From the NCBI GenBank assembly GCA_002269645.1, contig NIVC01000794.1:104008-168007 (forward strand): a stretch of 64,000 nt of DNA, read 5' to 3'. This document shows, piece after piece, positions 37,952 through 51,225 of the stretch. Position 1 is the stretch's first letter, and every line of letters starts with the position of its first letter. This DNA comes from Macrostomum lignano (taxonomy: Eukaryota). The position numbers and the translations under genes are program-made. Below the pieces are notes generated by a model. The model was not told the DNA's origin. It did not search any database and saw nothing but the letters and a program-made list of their open reading frames with translations.

Positions 37952-38944
37952 GATGGGGTGTCAGATATGGTAGGTGTCAGATATGGTGAGTGTCAGACAT
38001 GGTGGGTGTCAGACATAGTGGGTGTCATGGTGTCAGTCAGATATGGTGGGTGTCAGATATGATGTCTGTCAGATATGATGAGTGTCAGGTATGGTGGGCG
38101 TCAGATATGATGGGGTGTCAGATATGGTGAGTGTCAGGTATGGTGGGTGGCAGATATGGTGGGGGTCGCTTTCTGATATGGTGGGTTTCAGGGCAAGGAG
38201 GATTGTCAGGGCAGGGACAGGGTGTCAGGGCAGGGACAGGGTGTCAGGGCAGTGACAGGGTGTCAGGGCAGGGACAGGGTGTCAGGGTTTATCGCAATGA
38301 ATTTTCGGCAACAATGCGCCGACATGTATAGAAAGAAGCCACTTTAAAGCCTGAACGGCGCAAGAAGAGCTAAAAGGATGCACACAGCTTCAATGCGAAG
38401 TTTTCCAATTAAAAAATAGAATTCTAAACTTTGGAGTGATTTGAACTGGCGGTCGTCATGCGCGGTTTGGCAACTGCGCAGCTGCTTGACTGCGCAGTCC
38501 GCGCGCATGCCAAGACTCTGAGAGCTCTGAGGACTTCAAGGGCCCCGCCATGCATCCAGCCGGAATCCCCGGTCTGCCCGATGCAGTTTGGGATTTTTTT
38601 CTCTTTCTCCGACTACGAGCTATTTCATCAAAGCTGTCTGCCATCCCTGGTTTCTGGGGGCCGATCAAAGCTGGGGAGAAAATCCCCATATTTTGGGGAT
38701 TTCTGTCGGCCTGCGCAAAGGGGCGCCGCGGCCATTCATCATCGAGTCCCTCTCTTCCTCGCGGACTTTTTTGTCTCGGTGGCGCTTTTTTGTCTGTCTG
38801 TTTGTCACTTCTAGGAGACAGAGGGCGCGGGGACAGACAGATCTCTACTTTTCCTGGGGCGGCAGAGTTTAGTTGAATGGCAGTGGGGAGTCTGGGACTG
38901 GGGAGCTCTCATCGCTTGAAGCATGGAAAATGGCTTTCTCTGAT

Positions 38945-39800
38945 CTCCCTCTCCGCTCCTCTCCCTCCTCTCATTATCTCTATCCCCTCCCCATCTCTCC
39001 TCTCCCATCTCTCCTCTCCCATCTCTCCTCTCCACATCTCTCCTCTCCCATCTCTCCTCTCCACATCTCTCCTCTCCCCATCTCTCCCCTCCCTATCTTT
39101 CCTCTCCCCATCTCTCCTCTCCCCATCTCTCCCCTCCCCATCTCTCCTCTCCACATATCTCCTCTCCCCATCTCTCCTCTCCCCATCTCTCCTCTCCCCA
39201 TCTCTCCTCTCCACATCTCTCCCCTCCCCATCTCTCCCCTCCCATCTCTCCTCTCCCCATCTCTCCTCTCCCCATCTCTCCCCTCCCATCTCTCCTCTCC
39301 CCATCTCTCCTCTCCCCATCTCTCCCCTCCCCATCTCTCCCCTCCCCATCTCTCCTCTCCCCATCTCTCCTCTCCCCATCTCTCCCCTCCCCATCTCTCC
39401 TCTCCCCATCTTTCCTCTCCCCATCTCTCCCCTCCCCATCTCTCCTCTCCCCATCTTTCCTCTCCTATCTATCCTCTCCCCATCTCTCCCCTCCCCATCT
39501 CTCCTCTCCCCATCTCTCCCCTCCCCATCTCTCCCCTCCCCATCTCTCCTCTCCCCATCTCTCCTCTCCCCATCTCTCCCCTCCCCATCTCTCCTCTCCC
39601 CATCTTTCCTCTCCTATCTATCCTCTCCCCATCTCTCCCCTCCCCATCTCTCCTCTCCCCATCTCTCCCCTCCCATCTCTCCTCTCCCCATCTCTCCTCT
39701 CCTATCTATCCTCTCCCCATCTCTCCTCTCCCCATCTCTCCTCTCCCCATCTCTCCCCTCCCCATCCCTCCTCTCCCCATCTCTCCTCTCTCTATCTCTA
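38945..39800. repeat. Pyrimidine-rich about 15-bp minisatellite (TCTCCTCTCCCCATC)n
   Basis: Direct reading. Confidence 0.95.
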
Positions 39801-41060
39801 CTATCCGTGACTCTCATCTCCCTACCTTTATTTTCCTTGTCTCTCAGCTCTCTTCCCTAATCTATCCTTATTTGCAGTTCATCTCTCCACCTCATTTCTT
39901 TCCTCACCTTAGCAGTCCAATTACAGAATCAGCATTTCCAGACCGCACCACCAGCAACTGCTTTCTACCGTGAGCCAAGCATTCCAGAAAATCAAGTCCA
40001 GCATTATTCTATCATTATTATTTCTATAATTGTGGAGCCCATGGAGACTGGGAGTGTCGGGAGAGGGGCTGCTTTGGAATCCGACACCCACCGATGTGCT
40101 ACAAGCCACCGCAGTGCAGTAAACTGCTGCTGAAAATGTTCCAATTTCGAACCCTCCTTCATCCCCGGAGGGTAAGGACACCCAAGAAGTACTAGATATT
40201 TGGATTGGAAATCCATTTGCACGGCGAAATTCGTTCAAAAGTACAGGTGGTAAGAGTAGCTAACTCTGGAGAGTTGTGAAAATTTATTTTAAGGTAGATT
40301 CATGGGCAAGACAAAAATTTTCCGTTTTTACAGAGCTAAGTTGACATTTTTCAATTGGAAATTCTTCAGAGGTTTCACAACCATTTAAATGTGGTACAGA
40401 AATTTACGTAGTACTTTTTAGATGACGAAGCATTTATCTATCTTAAAACAGTTATAGTTGCTCACGCCGCATACCCAGACAGTTCATCATCTGCCCTCTA
40501 GTGTGCTGTGGCACTGGTGTCCGATTATTACATTGTTTGAATGCTGGGACTTCAGAACATGAGTAATGGCCAATTAAGTGCTAAAAAACTGAAATTTCCC
40601 TACTTTCCTTATGGATTCAAATATAAATGAAGCCTCAAAAATCTCGTTGAATAAATGACAGTTTTAGGCTCAACTCTTTCAAACCTCCTGCCCGTAAAGC
40701 CTCTCCCCTCTTCCTCTCTCACCTCCGCATCCTTCACTCATCTATTCTATCTCCTTTCCTCTCTCATCGCAGCCAACAGCTAGATTCTTAATCTACCGAC
40801 CCCTGTGTTAAGGGGTTCTGTTACCAGTCCAGATCTCCACTCCCAGGGGCCCTCGGTCTGACCTGCCGTGCTTCTTGAAAACAGCAGGCTTTGGTCCAAT
40901 CTCGTCCCCACCCCTCCCTCTCCCCTCACACTATTAATTTTGGCGTGTGCGTAAAGAGAAGGGCTGGTGGGGGCGGGCGGAAACGGGCAGTATCCGGTGC
41001 TGATGGGGTTCCGTGGGGAGGCGGGCTTATAATAAGCACTTTGCTGGCGGCCGGGCTTAC

Positions 41061-41158
41061 AGATTTGCGCCGCCGCTCGAAATCGTCTGGAGGGGCCGCC
41101 GCCGCCGCCTCCGCTGATGAAAAGTGCGCGCTGGGTCTGGCAGCCGCGGACGGAGCAG
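41061..41158 (-). CDS. Candidate upstream CDK14 exon
   Basis: CTCTATTTCAG acceptor and T/GTAAGC donor; 98 bp, phase 1 to 0, open (APSAAARPSAHFSSAEAAAAAPPDDFERRRKS); links the 42475 and 33727 exons in frame. Confidence 0.5.
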
Positions 41159-41284
41159 CTGAAATAGAGAGATGATGGGGCCTGATGGAGTCTGGAGTGC
41201 CAGCTGCATGCGGAACCCGCTTTTTGCTATGGAGAAATCAATTTCTGTAGAAGCAAATCTGCTCCTGCGTCCGTCAGTCTGTTT

Positions 41285-41930
41285 TTCTTAGGTCTGTCTT
41301 TGTGTCTGTCATAGTGTCTGTCATAGTGTCTGTCTTTGTGTCTGTCATAGTGTCTGTCTTAGTGTCTGTCATAGTGTCTGTCTTAGTGTCTGTCATAGTG
41401 TCTGTCTTAGTGTCTGTCTTAGTGTCTGTCATAGTGTCTGTCTTAGTGTCTGTCTTAGTGTCTGTCATAGTGTCTCATAGTGTCTGTCTTAGTGTCTGTC
41501 ATAGTTTCTGTCATAGTGTCTGTCTTAGTGTCTGTCATAGTGTCTGTCATAGTGTCTGTCATAGTGTCTATCATAGTGTCTGTCATAGTTTCTGTCATAG
41601 TGTCTGTCATAGTGTCTATCATAGTTTCTGTCATAGTTTCTGTCTTAGTGTCTGTCATAGTGTCTGTCTTAGTGTCTCATAGTGTCTGTCATAGTGTCTA
41701 TCATAGTGTCTGTCATAGTGTCTGTCATAGTGTCTGTCATAGTGTCTGTCATAGTGTCTATCATAGTGTCTGTCATAGTTTCTGTCATAGTGTCTGTCAT
41801 AGTGTCTGTCATAGGTCTGTCATAGTGTCTGTCATAGTTTCTGTCATAGTGTCTGTCATAGTGTCTGTCATAGTGTCTGTCTTAGTGTCTGTCATAGTGT
41901 CTGTCTTAGTGTCTGTCATAGTGTCTGTCT
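41285..41930. repeat. 12-bp (GTGTCTGTCATA)n minisatellite
   Basis: Direct reading. Confidence 0.95.
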
Positions 41931-42474
41931 AAATTCCCTCACCCAGTTTCGATATCGAGACTCGAATCCGGGACCGCAGCTGCTTCAGCCGGCCCAGTGA
42001 GTTCAATGCGTGCTCCGGTCCGCCGAAGTCGCCGACTGAAACGCGGAGAAAGCAGTGCGCGAAGATTTCCTGTCTGTCGGTCTGTACAGAAATATCAATA
42101 TTTTGCTAAAAAGCCAGTCAGTCAGCCAGGGCTCTTTACTCCCTACACCGCTGATGGCTTCCAGTCGCTGCGGAAACCCTCGGAGATTCGGTGCAGCATG
42201 GATTGTTCGGTAAACACATTGGGGGCTTGGCCTGCTAGCTGTCACATGATATGATTTGTGTTATCGGGTCACAGAGTTGCGGGCGTATTGCTAGCAGTTC
42301 CTGTATCTGTGTGACAGGCCCGCAGAATTTATGGCCTTGTATATAGGCAGATTTTCAGCCACGGGTAACATTTCATTGCAGGTCCTCTAGCTGTCCTGCC
42401 ATGCCTAAGATGCGAGTGGAGAATAGTTATACTGCCTTTCCAATAACTATTCGCCAGTAACCATGGCAACGCAC

Positions 42475-42784
42475 CCAGTTCCGGCTCGGCCAGCGGCGCC
42501 TGCTGCCAGAGGTCGCCATGCTCGGCGCTGCGGTAGGACGAGTCCGCCGCAGGATCGACGGCGCCGCAGCCCAGCAACTGGGACTCGTCAGCTGACCGCA
42601 GCATCCGCCCGCTGCCGTCGTTGTTTGCTAAATTTTTGCCGTCAGGCGCAGCCGTCGTGGCCAAGGCGGAGGCGGACAGCAGGTCGCTGGACGGCCGGCA
42701 CTTGCGAGCGGAGGCGGTCGTCGTTGTTGGCAGATTGCATCGCCGGCCAGCCGACGGCTGCATCGGCGTGGCGCGACCGGCCGA
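42475..42784 (-). CDS. Candidate 5'-most CDK14 coding exon in this window
   Basis: GC-rich open frame with in-frame ATG at 42763, possible TTTCAG acceptor at 42785, and G/GTGCGT phase-1 donor at 42474. Confidence 0.45.
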
Positions 42785-44240
42785 CTGAAATTTGGCGTCG
42801 GCACGGGGCACTTCGAGTTTGGCTTCAAAACAGAGGCACTCACTTTATAAGAAAAGACTGTATTTCGCCCGCCTTGACTCTAGTAGATGGAACTAATTTT
42901 ATAAGCTATTTCTGTCTCAATGGTTCACTCGGATTTGATCAAGCATATGTTATTTTCAATGTTGAAAATCTCTTATAAAGAATTACATGCTTTGAAAATG
43001 CTTAGGTATTTGAACTATAAAAAAAGTATGTGTCTGCGAGTATCTTTAAAGTTTAAAAATTATTTTCTTTGCTTTTATTTTTTGCTATTCTTAAACAATA
43101 TATATTTAAATTTTAACATTCACGAAATTGGATTAAAATTAAAGTAGTTTTATTTTTAAATGACTATTTAATATGGAAGATATTTTTTATAGGAAAAAAA
43201 TAAAAAAATAAAATAAATTTCGTGCTACTGACTTCGAGAGAATGCTGTTGTTTATGAGAAAATCTAATTTGACAAATGCTTTTTTCAAATGCTGGATAGC
43301 ATGCCATTTTAAAAAATAGCATGCCATTTTTTATTTTTAAAAATAAAGTATAAAATTTGATCATAGACATTGGTGAAAATCTTAAAGCTTTATGCAGTTA
43401 AGGGAAAATCAAACTCATTTCTGTATTCCTGCAATTATACTACTGCTCTGTCTTACCGTTTTCAAAGAAAAAAGCAAAAGTGAATTTCACGCCAGATTCA
43501 ATTTTAAAAAAGCAATGAAAAATAAATAAAAAGCAATTTTTTAAAAGTGTGATCAGATTTCTCTGGGTCCATGTTTAAATTTAATTTAAATAGGCTACGT
43601 CATTTCAGCGATGGGCCGGATCGCGCAGTCGCCGCAAACTTATTTTATGAGTTTAAATTAGTAACATTTATATTACCGACTATCTTTTAAACAAAAATTA
43701 AGACAAACTCTCTTTGTTTGTGAAACATAGTCTGTATTTCGCTTTCTAAATTCTTAATTACAGTTGTTTTTAAATACTTCCTGTAAATAGTGACTCCTAC
43801 ATGTCAGCCTCTAGCGTGAGAACAGTCAAGACTTACTAGGATAACGCATACTATGTATTCCTACCTTTTACTATTAATTTCTAAAAACTAAATTCTTTGT
43901 GTCAGCTAGCTAACGGTTAAAATGATTTTTTCCTTCCAAACTCGTATCTGTAAAGTTATTTTTTCTGATTTGTGCCAAGGATTGAGGACCACTTATATTA
44001 TACAGTGTACTATAGCGATCCTTGGATTTTTATACTGTCGGATGATGGAAGAATTTGTATTTGTTCTACGCGATTCTTTCATTCATATATAGCTGAAATT
44101 ATTTTACTTCTTAGAAAAAATTTATGGATTTTTATGTCTGTGCAGGATATAATAGCGCATGATTGACCTACAAATGCATAGTTGGCATGTCATATGCTTC
44201 TAACATCATCATGTACATCCGCAATTTGCGATGTTTGTGA

Positions 44241-44539
44241 CAGGCACATCGCCACCGGGGGACAGCAATGCTTTGTTCCCCCTCCACCCCCCCCCCTTGT
44301 GACCCGTTGTGGTAATCAATAATTTTTCTTCAGGGCGCCAAAATATAGCACCTTCGGCGCCAAAATGAGTGCCTGTGGCGCAAAAACGAGTGCCTGCGGC
44401 GCCAAAATGAGTACCCGGGGCGCCAAAATGAGCGCTGACAACTCGATTCTCGAAATAATGGAAATGCAGGAATTTAGTCATGTACATGTTGAATTCTTGG
44501 CTTTGTCCCCGCCACCATAAATCCATGGCGACGCCCCTG
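44241..44539. mobile_element. Possible MITE (CAGGGGCGTCGCCA-type ends)
   Basis: Right end TGGCGACGCCCCTG; left end CAGGCACATCGCCA matches 11/14; internal GGCGCCAAAA repeats; no clean TSD. Confidence 0.4.
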
Positions 44540-45226
44540 CTAGGTGATATATTAAGGAATTGTAGCCAATAGAAAAAAAGCGTTCAAAATTCAAAATTCA
44601 GTTTAAGTATTCAGAATTAGAGTTTTGCCAATGGCAGTGTGCCGGCAAAATATGAAAAACCAAACAAGGATCTGCACGAAGATTTCTGAGCGAGCTTGAG
44701 ACATTCAAATTTAGCGCACCAGATTGCTGGCAGGTCTTTGTCCCGTCCACAGTACGGACAAATCTATCTATTCATTGTGTTGTCTTTGCTCTCTCTCTCG
44801 CCCAAATTGGGATTTCTTCCCTCGGGATTTCGATTATAGAAGCCGTTTCAAATGAAACTGAGGCTTCTCTTCTCCGTCATCCCATCATGCTGATTCGCCG
44901 AGCGTTGCCAAGGGGAAGCGAGGGAATCGCTGTTGAACAATCGGGGGAAGCCAAGTGAGGCAAACAGCGGCTGCTTGTCCCCGGAGAGTCGGGTGGATCG
45001 CACCTGCTGAAGAATGAATGCTGCTCGAGAGCGGACTAATTGAATGCTTGTTACGGCCAGGGCGATAGGCGGGCAGTGAGTTAATAGGAAGAAGTTGGAG
45101 GCGTTGAGTTGAGCAGCCAGCATGAAACCTGTTGAGAGTGGGCGATTGGCACGCGGCCAAGTTGCTCTCCTTTGCAACTAGCAACAATGTCCGTGGAATC
45201 ACTGGTCCTTTAGGTGGATTTCTTTG

Positions 45227-45540
<314 letters not shown>

Positions 45541-46530
45541 TGTCTACCTGTCTATATATATTAAATACCAAACTACATAAACCTAAATAAAGTCAGTTCA
45601 GTTTTTACAATGAAATTATATTGATCAGTGAAACTGCTTGTGCATAGTATATATAGTTCGTACATATAACGAGTGCAACAGCTATGTAACAAAAACAGGT
45701 CACAATAATCTTGCGCTCAAAACGATATACAGACGCAAAGTAGACAGTTAAATGATCGCATGCCATTAAAATAAGCCAGAAGCAGCACAAAATGCAAGCG
45801 AGAAGAACTGAACTGTACACAGATTTGTCATGGATTGGGCTGGCCAAGGTGAGCTAATTAGTGCTAATAACGCGCACAATTATCAGCACAGCTAAACAAC
45901 AATGTAAGAAAAAAACAACCACAGGAAAAATAACTCTTAGCATATAAACTGTCCAAAAGTCCAAAAGTTGCTTGCAGTGTCAGGACTTCGGATCGAATGA
46001 TTGCCCGCGGGGCGCGTGCAGGTGCATCGGCAGGCGGGCAGGTGAGTCATGCGCAACCTTAAATTGCAGGTGAGAAATGCGGAATTCTTTGCAGCGCTGT
46101 GAATGCTCAATTAGCACTTCAATAGCCTCGCGATTGTTTAATCTGCAGCGTCTCTATAGCCGTGATTTGCGCGGCTCCTCACTAATGCTGTATGATTTAG
46201 CTTACTATTGTATTGCTTTCTGACTGGCCAAGACAGTTGCTATGGTCAACCATCTGCCCATCTGCTTTATTTGTCCTTATGGTTTGTTTGATTCTTGTTA
46301 CTCACCTGCAACGAATATTTACAGCTTCAATAGGAGCCTATTAGTGGCATCAGAGTGCATGGCGCTGCATCACCCGACCCTGCAGCCTCCCTACAGGGCC
46401 GGCCACGTGGACCAGGCGCTGCGGTGAGCGGCAGATGAGGGTGTGCAGCCCATCGACGGATGCTGATGAGCGGAGAACACCAGCGGCTCTGCAATGTAGC
46501 GGATGGAATGGCTTTTGTATGCATCATGCC

Positions 46531-47844
46531 TCACACTGCCTCCTCTAGCACCCCCACTGTCTCCTCTGGCGCCCCCACTGTCTCCTCTGGCGCCCCCACT
46601 GTCTCCTCTGGCGCCCCCACTGTCTCCTCTGGCGCCCCCATTGTCTCCTCTGGCGCCCCCACTGTCTCCTCTGGCGCCCCCACTGTCTCCTCTGGCGCCC
46701 CCACTGTCTCCTCTGGCGCCCTCACTGTCTCCTCTGGCGCCCTCACTGTCTCCTCTGGCGCCCTCACTGTCTCCTCTGGCGCCCCCACGGTCTCCTCTGG
46801 CGCCCCCACTGTCTCCTCTGGCGCCCCCACTGTCTCCTCTGGCGCCCCCACTGTCTCCTCTGGCGCCCCCACTGTCTCCTCTGGCGCCCCCACTGTCTCC
46901 TCTGGCGCCCTCACTGTCTCCTCTGGCGCCCTCACTGTCTCCTCTGGCGCCCTCACTGTCTCCTCTGGCGCCCCCACGGTCTCCTCTGGCGCCCCCACTG
47001 TCTCCCTGACTCTCCCAACAGTCTCTTTCGCGCAGTCTGCACCGCAGCTTCCCCGCTCACCTCCGTAAAACCCGTCGCTGCCGTAGCAGCCGCTGCTGCT
47101 GCCGCTGTAGCCTCCGCCGCAACCGACGCTGCCGCTGCTGCCAGCGGAGCAGCCGCACTGCCGCATGGGAGACGGCGACTCCGGCTCCTCCGACAGGCGG
47201 AACCGGCCGCCATCGTCTTCGAACTCGTCGTCAACGAAGTCTTCGACGGCGGCGGCGGTGGCGGAGTTGTCCATCCGGGAATCGTCTTCCAGCAGCAGCC
47301 GCAGGTCCGGCAGGCAGTCGCTGTGCTGTGGCGGCTGCTGCGGCTGCTGCCAGGCGTTGCCATAGCAACAATCGGCGGCAGTCAACTCAGTCGGGCTACA
47401 ATTGGCGGAGACTGTGGCCACTTCGGCGGGTGCGGTGGCAGCAGCGGCGGCTGCGGCATCGTCGGCTCGAAGCAGAGCGGCCAGCTCGGCGATGTAGGCA
47501 GCCGCGGTGCGCAGAACCTGGACTTTGCTGAGCCGGCGTCGCTCCTTCGCGCTGCCGCCACCGCTGGGCACCGGCGAAGCAGCGGCCGCTGCTGCCGCTG
47601 CCGCCGCCGCGGCAGACGCCGACGCGGGCGGAAGGCTGGCCCGCAGCGCCGCGAAGGTGCGGTTGATGAGGCGGACTCGGTTCCGCTCGCGCTCGTTGCG
47701 CCTCTGCACCGTGCTGGTCTGCGGCTTCTGGGCGGCGAACTTGCCATTGACGAACTGCAGCTTCCGCCGGCACGGCTCGTTGGTGTAGGCGACCGTCACC
47801 CTGGCCGGCTGCTGCTGCTGCGGCTTCTTTCTGTCTAGGGCCAT
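46531..47844 (-). CDS. ASCL: Achaete-scute family bHLH transcription factor
   Basis: CRRKL motif, basic region VQRRNERERNRVRLINRTFAALR, Ala-rich loop, helix 2 LSKVQVLRTAAAYIAEL. The 3' end is uncertain: either the ORF runs through a 21-bp repeat or it splices at G/GTGAGC (47060). Confidence 0.9.
   Translation of the reverse strand: MALDRKKPQQQQPARVTVAYTNEPCRRKLQFVNGKFAAQKPQTSTVQRRNERERNRVRLINRTFAALRASLPPASASAAAAAAAAAAAASPVPSGGGSAKERRRLSKVQVLRTAAAYIAELAALLRADDAAAAAAATAPAEVATVSANCSPTELTAADCCYGNAWQQPQQPPQHSDCLPDLRLLLEDDSRMDNSATAAAVEDFVDDEFEDDGGRFRLSEEPESPSPMRQCGCSAGSSGSVGCGGGYSGSSSGCYGSDGFYGGERGSCGADCAKETVGRVRETVGAPEETVGAPEETVRAPEETVRAPEETVRAPEETVGAPEETVGAPEETVGAPEETVGAPEETVGAPEETVGAPEETVRAPEETVRAPEETVRAPEETVGAPEETVGAPEETVGAPEETMGAPEETVGAPEETVGAPEETVGAPEETVGVLEEAV
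46541..47005. repeat. 21-bp minisatellite (CTGTCTCCTCTGGCGCCCCCA)n
   Basis: About 21 copies; reads (ETVGAPE)n in the bHLH frame. Confidence 0.95.
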
Positions 47845-48261
47845 TGCTGCTTCTGTCTTGCTGGGTATCGGGGGCAGAGAAAGGAAACTTCAAGAATTGG
47901 AGCTGTGGGGGAGTTTTCCGGTCAGCCTCTGCTTTTATTTCCTTCTCTTATTTCTCCTGCTTGAGCTGGGAGTTTGCGCGCAGCCAATGGCAGGGTGAGC
48001 AGCGGGCCGGCTCTCATTGGCTCGCCACAGTCGGACAGCTCACTGGGGCCTTTCCGGATCGGAGCTCCGACTGGAGCCTTGATTTAACAATCTTCTGTTT
48101 ATTTTATCATGATTTGCGCATTCGAATGAAACTCTGCTGGTCCAAGTATTGCGCAACAGTCTAACAGAATCTGCCGTTTTCACTATTATGTATGGCTTTG
48201 ATTTGATCATCTTAGTCGGATCTGTGGACACTGGCGCGAGTCGGAATTACCAAAGGCCAAA

Positions 48262-48680
48262 AGTCAGAAGCGCGCACAGTCAGACCAGAAGCGCGCACAG
48301 TCAGACCAGAAGCGCGCACAGTCAGACCAGAAGCGCGCACAGTCAGACCGGAAGCGCGCACAGTCATATGAACAGCGAGCACAGTCAGACCAGAAGCGCG
48401 CACAGTCAGACCAGAAGCGCGCACAGTCAGACCAGAAGCGCGCACAGTCAGACCAGAAGCGCGCACAGTCAGACCAGAAGCGCGCACAGTCAGACCAGAA
48501 GCGCGCACAGTCAGACCAGAAGCGCGCACAGTCAGACCAGAAGCGCGCACAGTCAGACCAGAAGCGCGCACAGTCAGACCAGAAGCGCGCACAGTCAGAT
48601 CAGAAGCGCGCACAGTCAGACCAGAAGCGCGCACAGTCAGATCAGAAGCGCGCACAGTCAGACCAGAAGCGCGCTCAGTC
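48262..48680. repeat. 21-bp minisatellite (AGAAGCGCGCACAGTCAGACC)n
   Basis: About 19 copies, starting about 420 bp upstream of the bHLH start codon. Confidence 0.95.
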
Positions 48681-49249
48681 AGATTTAAAAGCCAGCGCCA
48701 TTTGGCACAGCCGCAAGCCTTGCAGAAGCTTCAAATCAGTCAAATCGGCGGCAAAATGACGGGGCAAATATTGACCAGAAATTCTGTGCAGAAACTGTCA
48801 GGCTGGGGACACGCGAGATGGCTTGGAAATCAGCGTGCGATTGAATTGGGGGGGGGGTGAGCTGCTCCGAATTGCATGATATCTTTCATAGGGTGGGGCA
48901 GACAGATTCCATTGTTTGCGGTGTCAAGATCTCCTATAACTTTCTCTCTTCTCTCGCACACATCCAACTTTTTGCTTTTGGAAGCAGAGATGATGCAATC
49001 AATAATAACAATGGACCGCGATGATATAAAAGGCGGCCACCGTTCGTGCTAAGGGCCACAGGGCTCAATTGGACTGCAAATATTGCACTGTACGTTGCGT
49101 CACCCGAGCCTGCACGCATGCAGGAGAGTGCTGGAGGGACTGGAGCTGGCATGGGCTGTCCATGGGCTCTGAAACTGAAAAAACTGAGCTGAGAAATGCA
49201 TGACGCATTGAGATTGCGAGACCTGAGAGTGAGAGATGACGGGTCAGAG

Positions 49250-49930
49250 GTGATGAGATTAAGGGGTGAGAAGGTGAGATGAAGAGGGTGAGAGTTGTGA
49301 GATGAAGGGGTGAGAGTTGTGAGATGAAGGGGTGAGAGACGTGAGATGAAGGATGAGGGGGGTAAGATTAAGGGGAAGAGAGCAGAGAGGGGAGAGATGA
49401 AGGGAGTGAGGGTGGTTAGATGAAGGGGGAGAGAGCAGAAAGGGAGAGAGAGGAGAGAGGGGTTAGATGAAGGGGGAGAGAGCAGAAAAGGAGAGAGAGG
49501 AGAGAGGGGTTAGATGAAGGGGGTGAGAGAGCAGAGAGGGAGAGAGAGGAGAGAGGGGTTAGATGAAGGGGGTGAGAGAGCAGAGAGGGGAGAGATGAAG
49601 GGAGTGAGGGGGGTTAGATGAAGGGGAGAGAGCAGAGAGGGAGAGAGAGGAGAGAGGGGTTAGATGAAGGGGGTGAGAGAGCAGAGAGGGGAGAGATGAA
49701 GGGAGTGAGGGTGGTTAGATGAAGGGGGAGAGAGCAGAGAGGGAGAGAGAGGAGAGAGGGGTTAGATGAAGGGGGTGAGAGAGCAGAGAGGGGAGAGATG
49801 AAGGGAGTGAGGGGGGTTAGATGAAGGGGAGAGAGCAGAGAGGGAGAGAGAGGAGAGAGGGGTTAGATGAAGGGGGTGAGAGAGCAGAGAGGGGAGAGAC
49901 AGAGAGAGGGGGGAGAGGGAGAGAGATTAG
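49250..49930. repeat. GA-rich higher-order minisatellite
   Basis: Recurring GGGGTTAGATGAAGGGG..GAGAGCAGAGAGGG units. Confidence 0.9.
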
Positions 49931-50984
49931 AGATTAGAGGTGAATATTTTGGGGGTATGTGAGACATTGCCGGAAGAAATAAGAAATATTAGAATAAAAT
50001 GAAATAAAATGAAGATTCTTGTGCTGAGAACCGGCCTTGGTTGTGCAAAGTTGCAGCCAAAATTTTCAATCTTCTGTATGAAACAAATGCAATCCATCAA
50101 AGTTTTCCCTGTTTTTGACTACGCTCGTATTTAAAGGATCATTTATCGGGCGTCTCAGTGAGCATGGAGTAGAGCCCTCCGCTAGTTGCTGCAGTTGCCA
50201 TGCGCCATTGGGGCCCAACGTGTCGAACCGGCATGGCGGCAGGCGCTGTGCTGGTGATGCGAAAGCAAACCGCAGCTTTGACTCTGCTCAGAACTCTGCT
50301 CAAAATTGAGCTCTTTACGACCGGGAGGAGGGCAGTCAGCCTGCACGCAGTGAGAATCTCCATAAAGCTTAATCGACTCAAAGTGTTTTTGAGTATCCGA
50401 GGCATTAATTAAGCCGGTAGCGACGTGGCATGCGAGACCAATAAAACTGAGCTCAGTTTTACAATCTGCTCCCCCGGTTGTCCTCAGGGTTGTCCTTAAA
50501 ACACATCCCCCAACACACCGGCCCTGACCCGAGGCCCCGGGTCATAAACCGGATGGATGGAGGGCTATTATGGAAATGAAAGTGGAGTGTTGGGCCGTGA
50601 GTGGGCGGGGCTCGAGCTCAGGAGCTGCTGCGCCGCAGCGGGTCAGATTCACATGGAAGCCACTCAATCAGTCAGTCAGTTCCTTGCACGGTCATTTTTT
50701 CTGACCTTTCCACACACTGCAGACTGTTATTAGCGGTTACCTGCGTTCTTCACCAGCATCACACCTTAAGTGTTTTTTCCTGTGCAGCTTCCAGTTAATC
50801 TGTTGCAAACTCCATTAAAGTAAAAGTTCTTCATCCATTTTTTATCTCTATAGCCAGTCTCACCCGTCTGCTCCATCTTAATTAATTACGAGTAACATAA
50901 TTACACTCCTACTCACCCTTTCTACCCTCTTGCTACCTTCGTTACACTCCTAATTACCCACTTTACCCTCCTCTATACAACAAT

Positions 50985-51225
50985 ACCCTCTTCTATACAA
51001 CATTTACCCTCCTCTATACAACAATACCCTCCTCTATACAACAATACCCTCCTCTATACAACATTTACCCTCCTCTATACAACAATACCCTCCTCTATAC
51101 AACATTTACCCTCCTCTATACAACATTTACTCTCCTCTATACAACAATACCCTCCTCTATACAACATTTACCCTCCTCTATACAACAATAACCTCCTCTA
51201 TACAACATTTACCTTCCTCTATGAA
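50985..51225. repeat. 20/21-bp minisatellite ACCCTCCTCTATACAACA(AT/TTT)
   Basis: Direct reading. Confidence 0.9.

Larger units (their letters stand above)
34700..38165. repeat. About 16-bp GTCAGATATGGTG(G/A)GT minisatellite split by a transposon
   Basis: Arrays at about 34700-35434 and 37952-38165. Confidence 0.9.
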
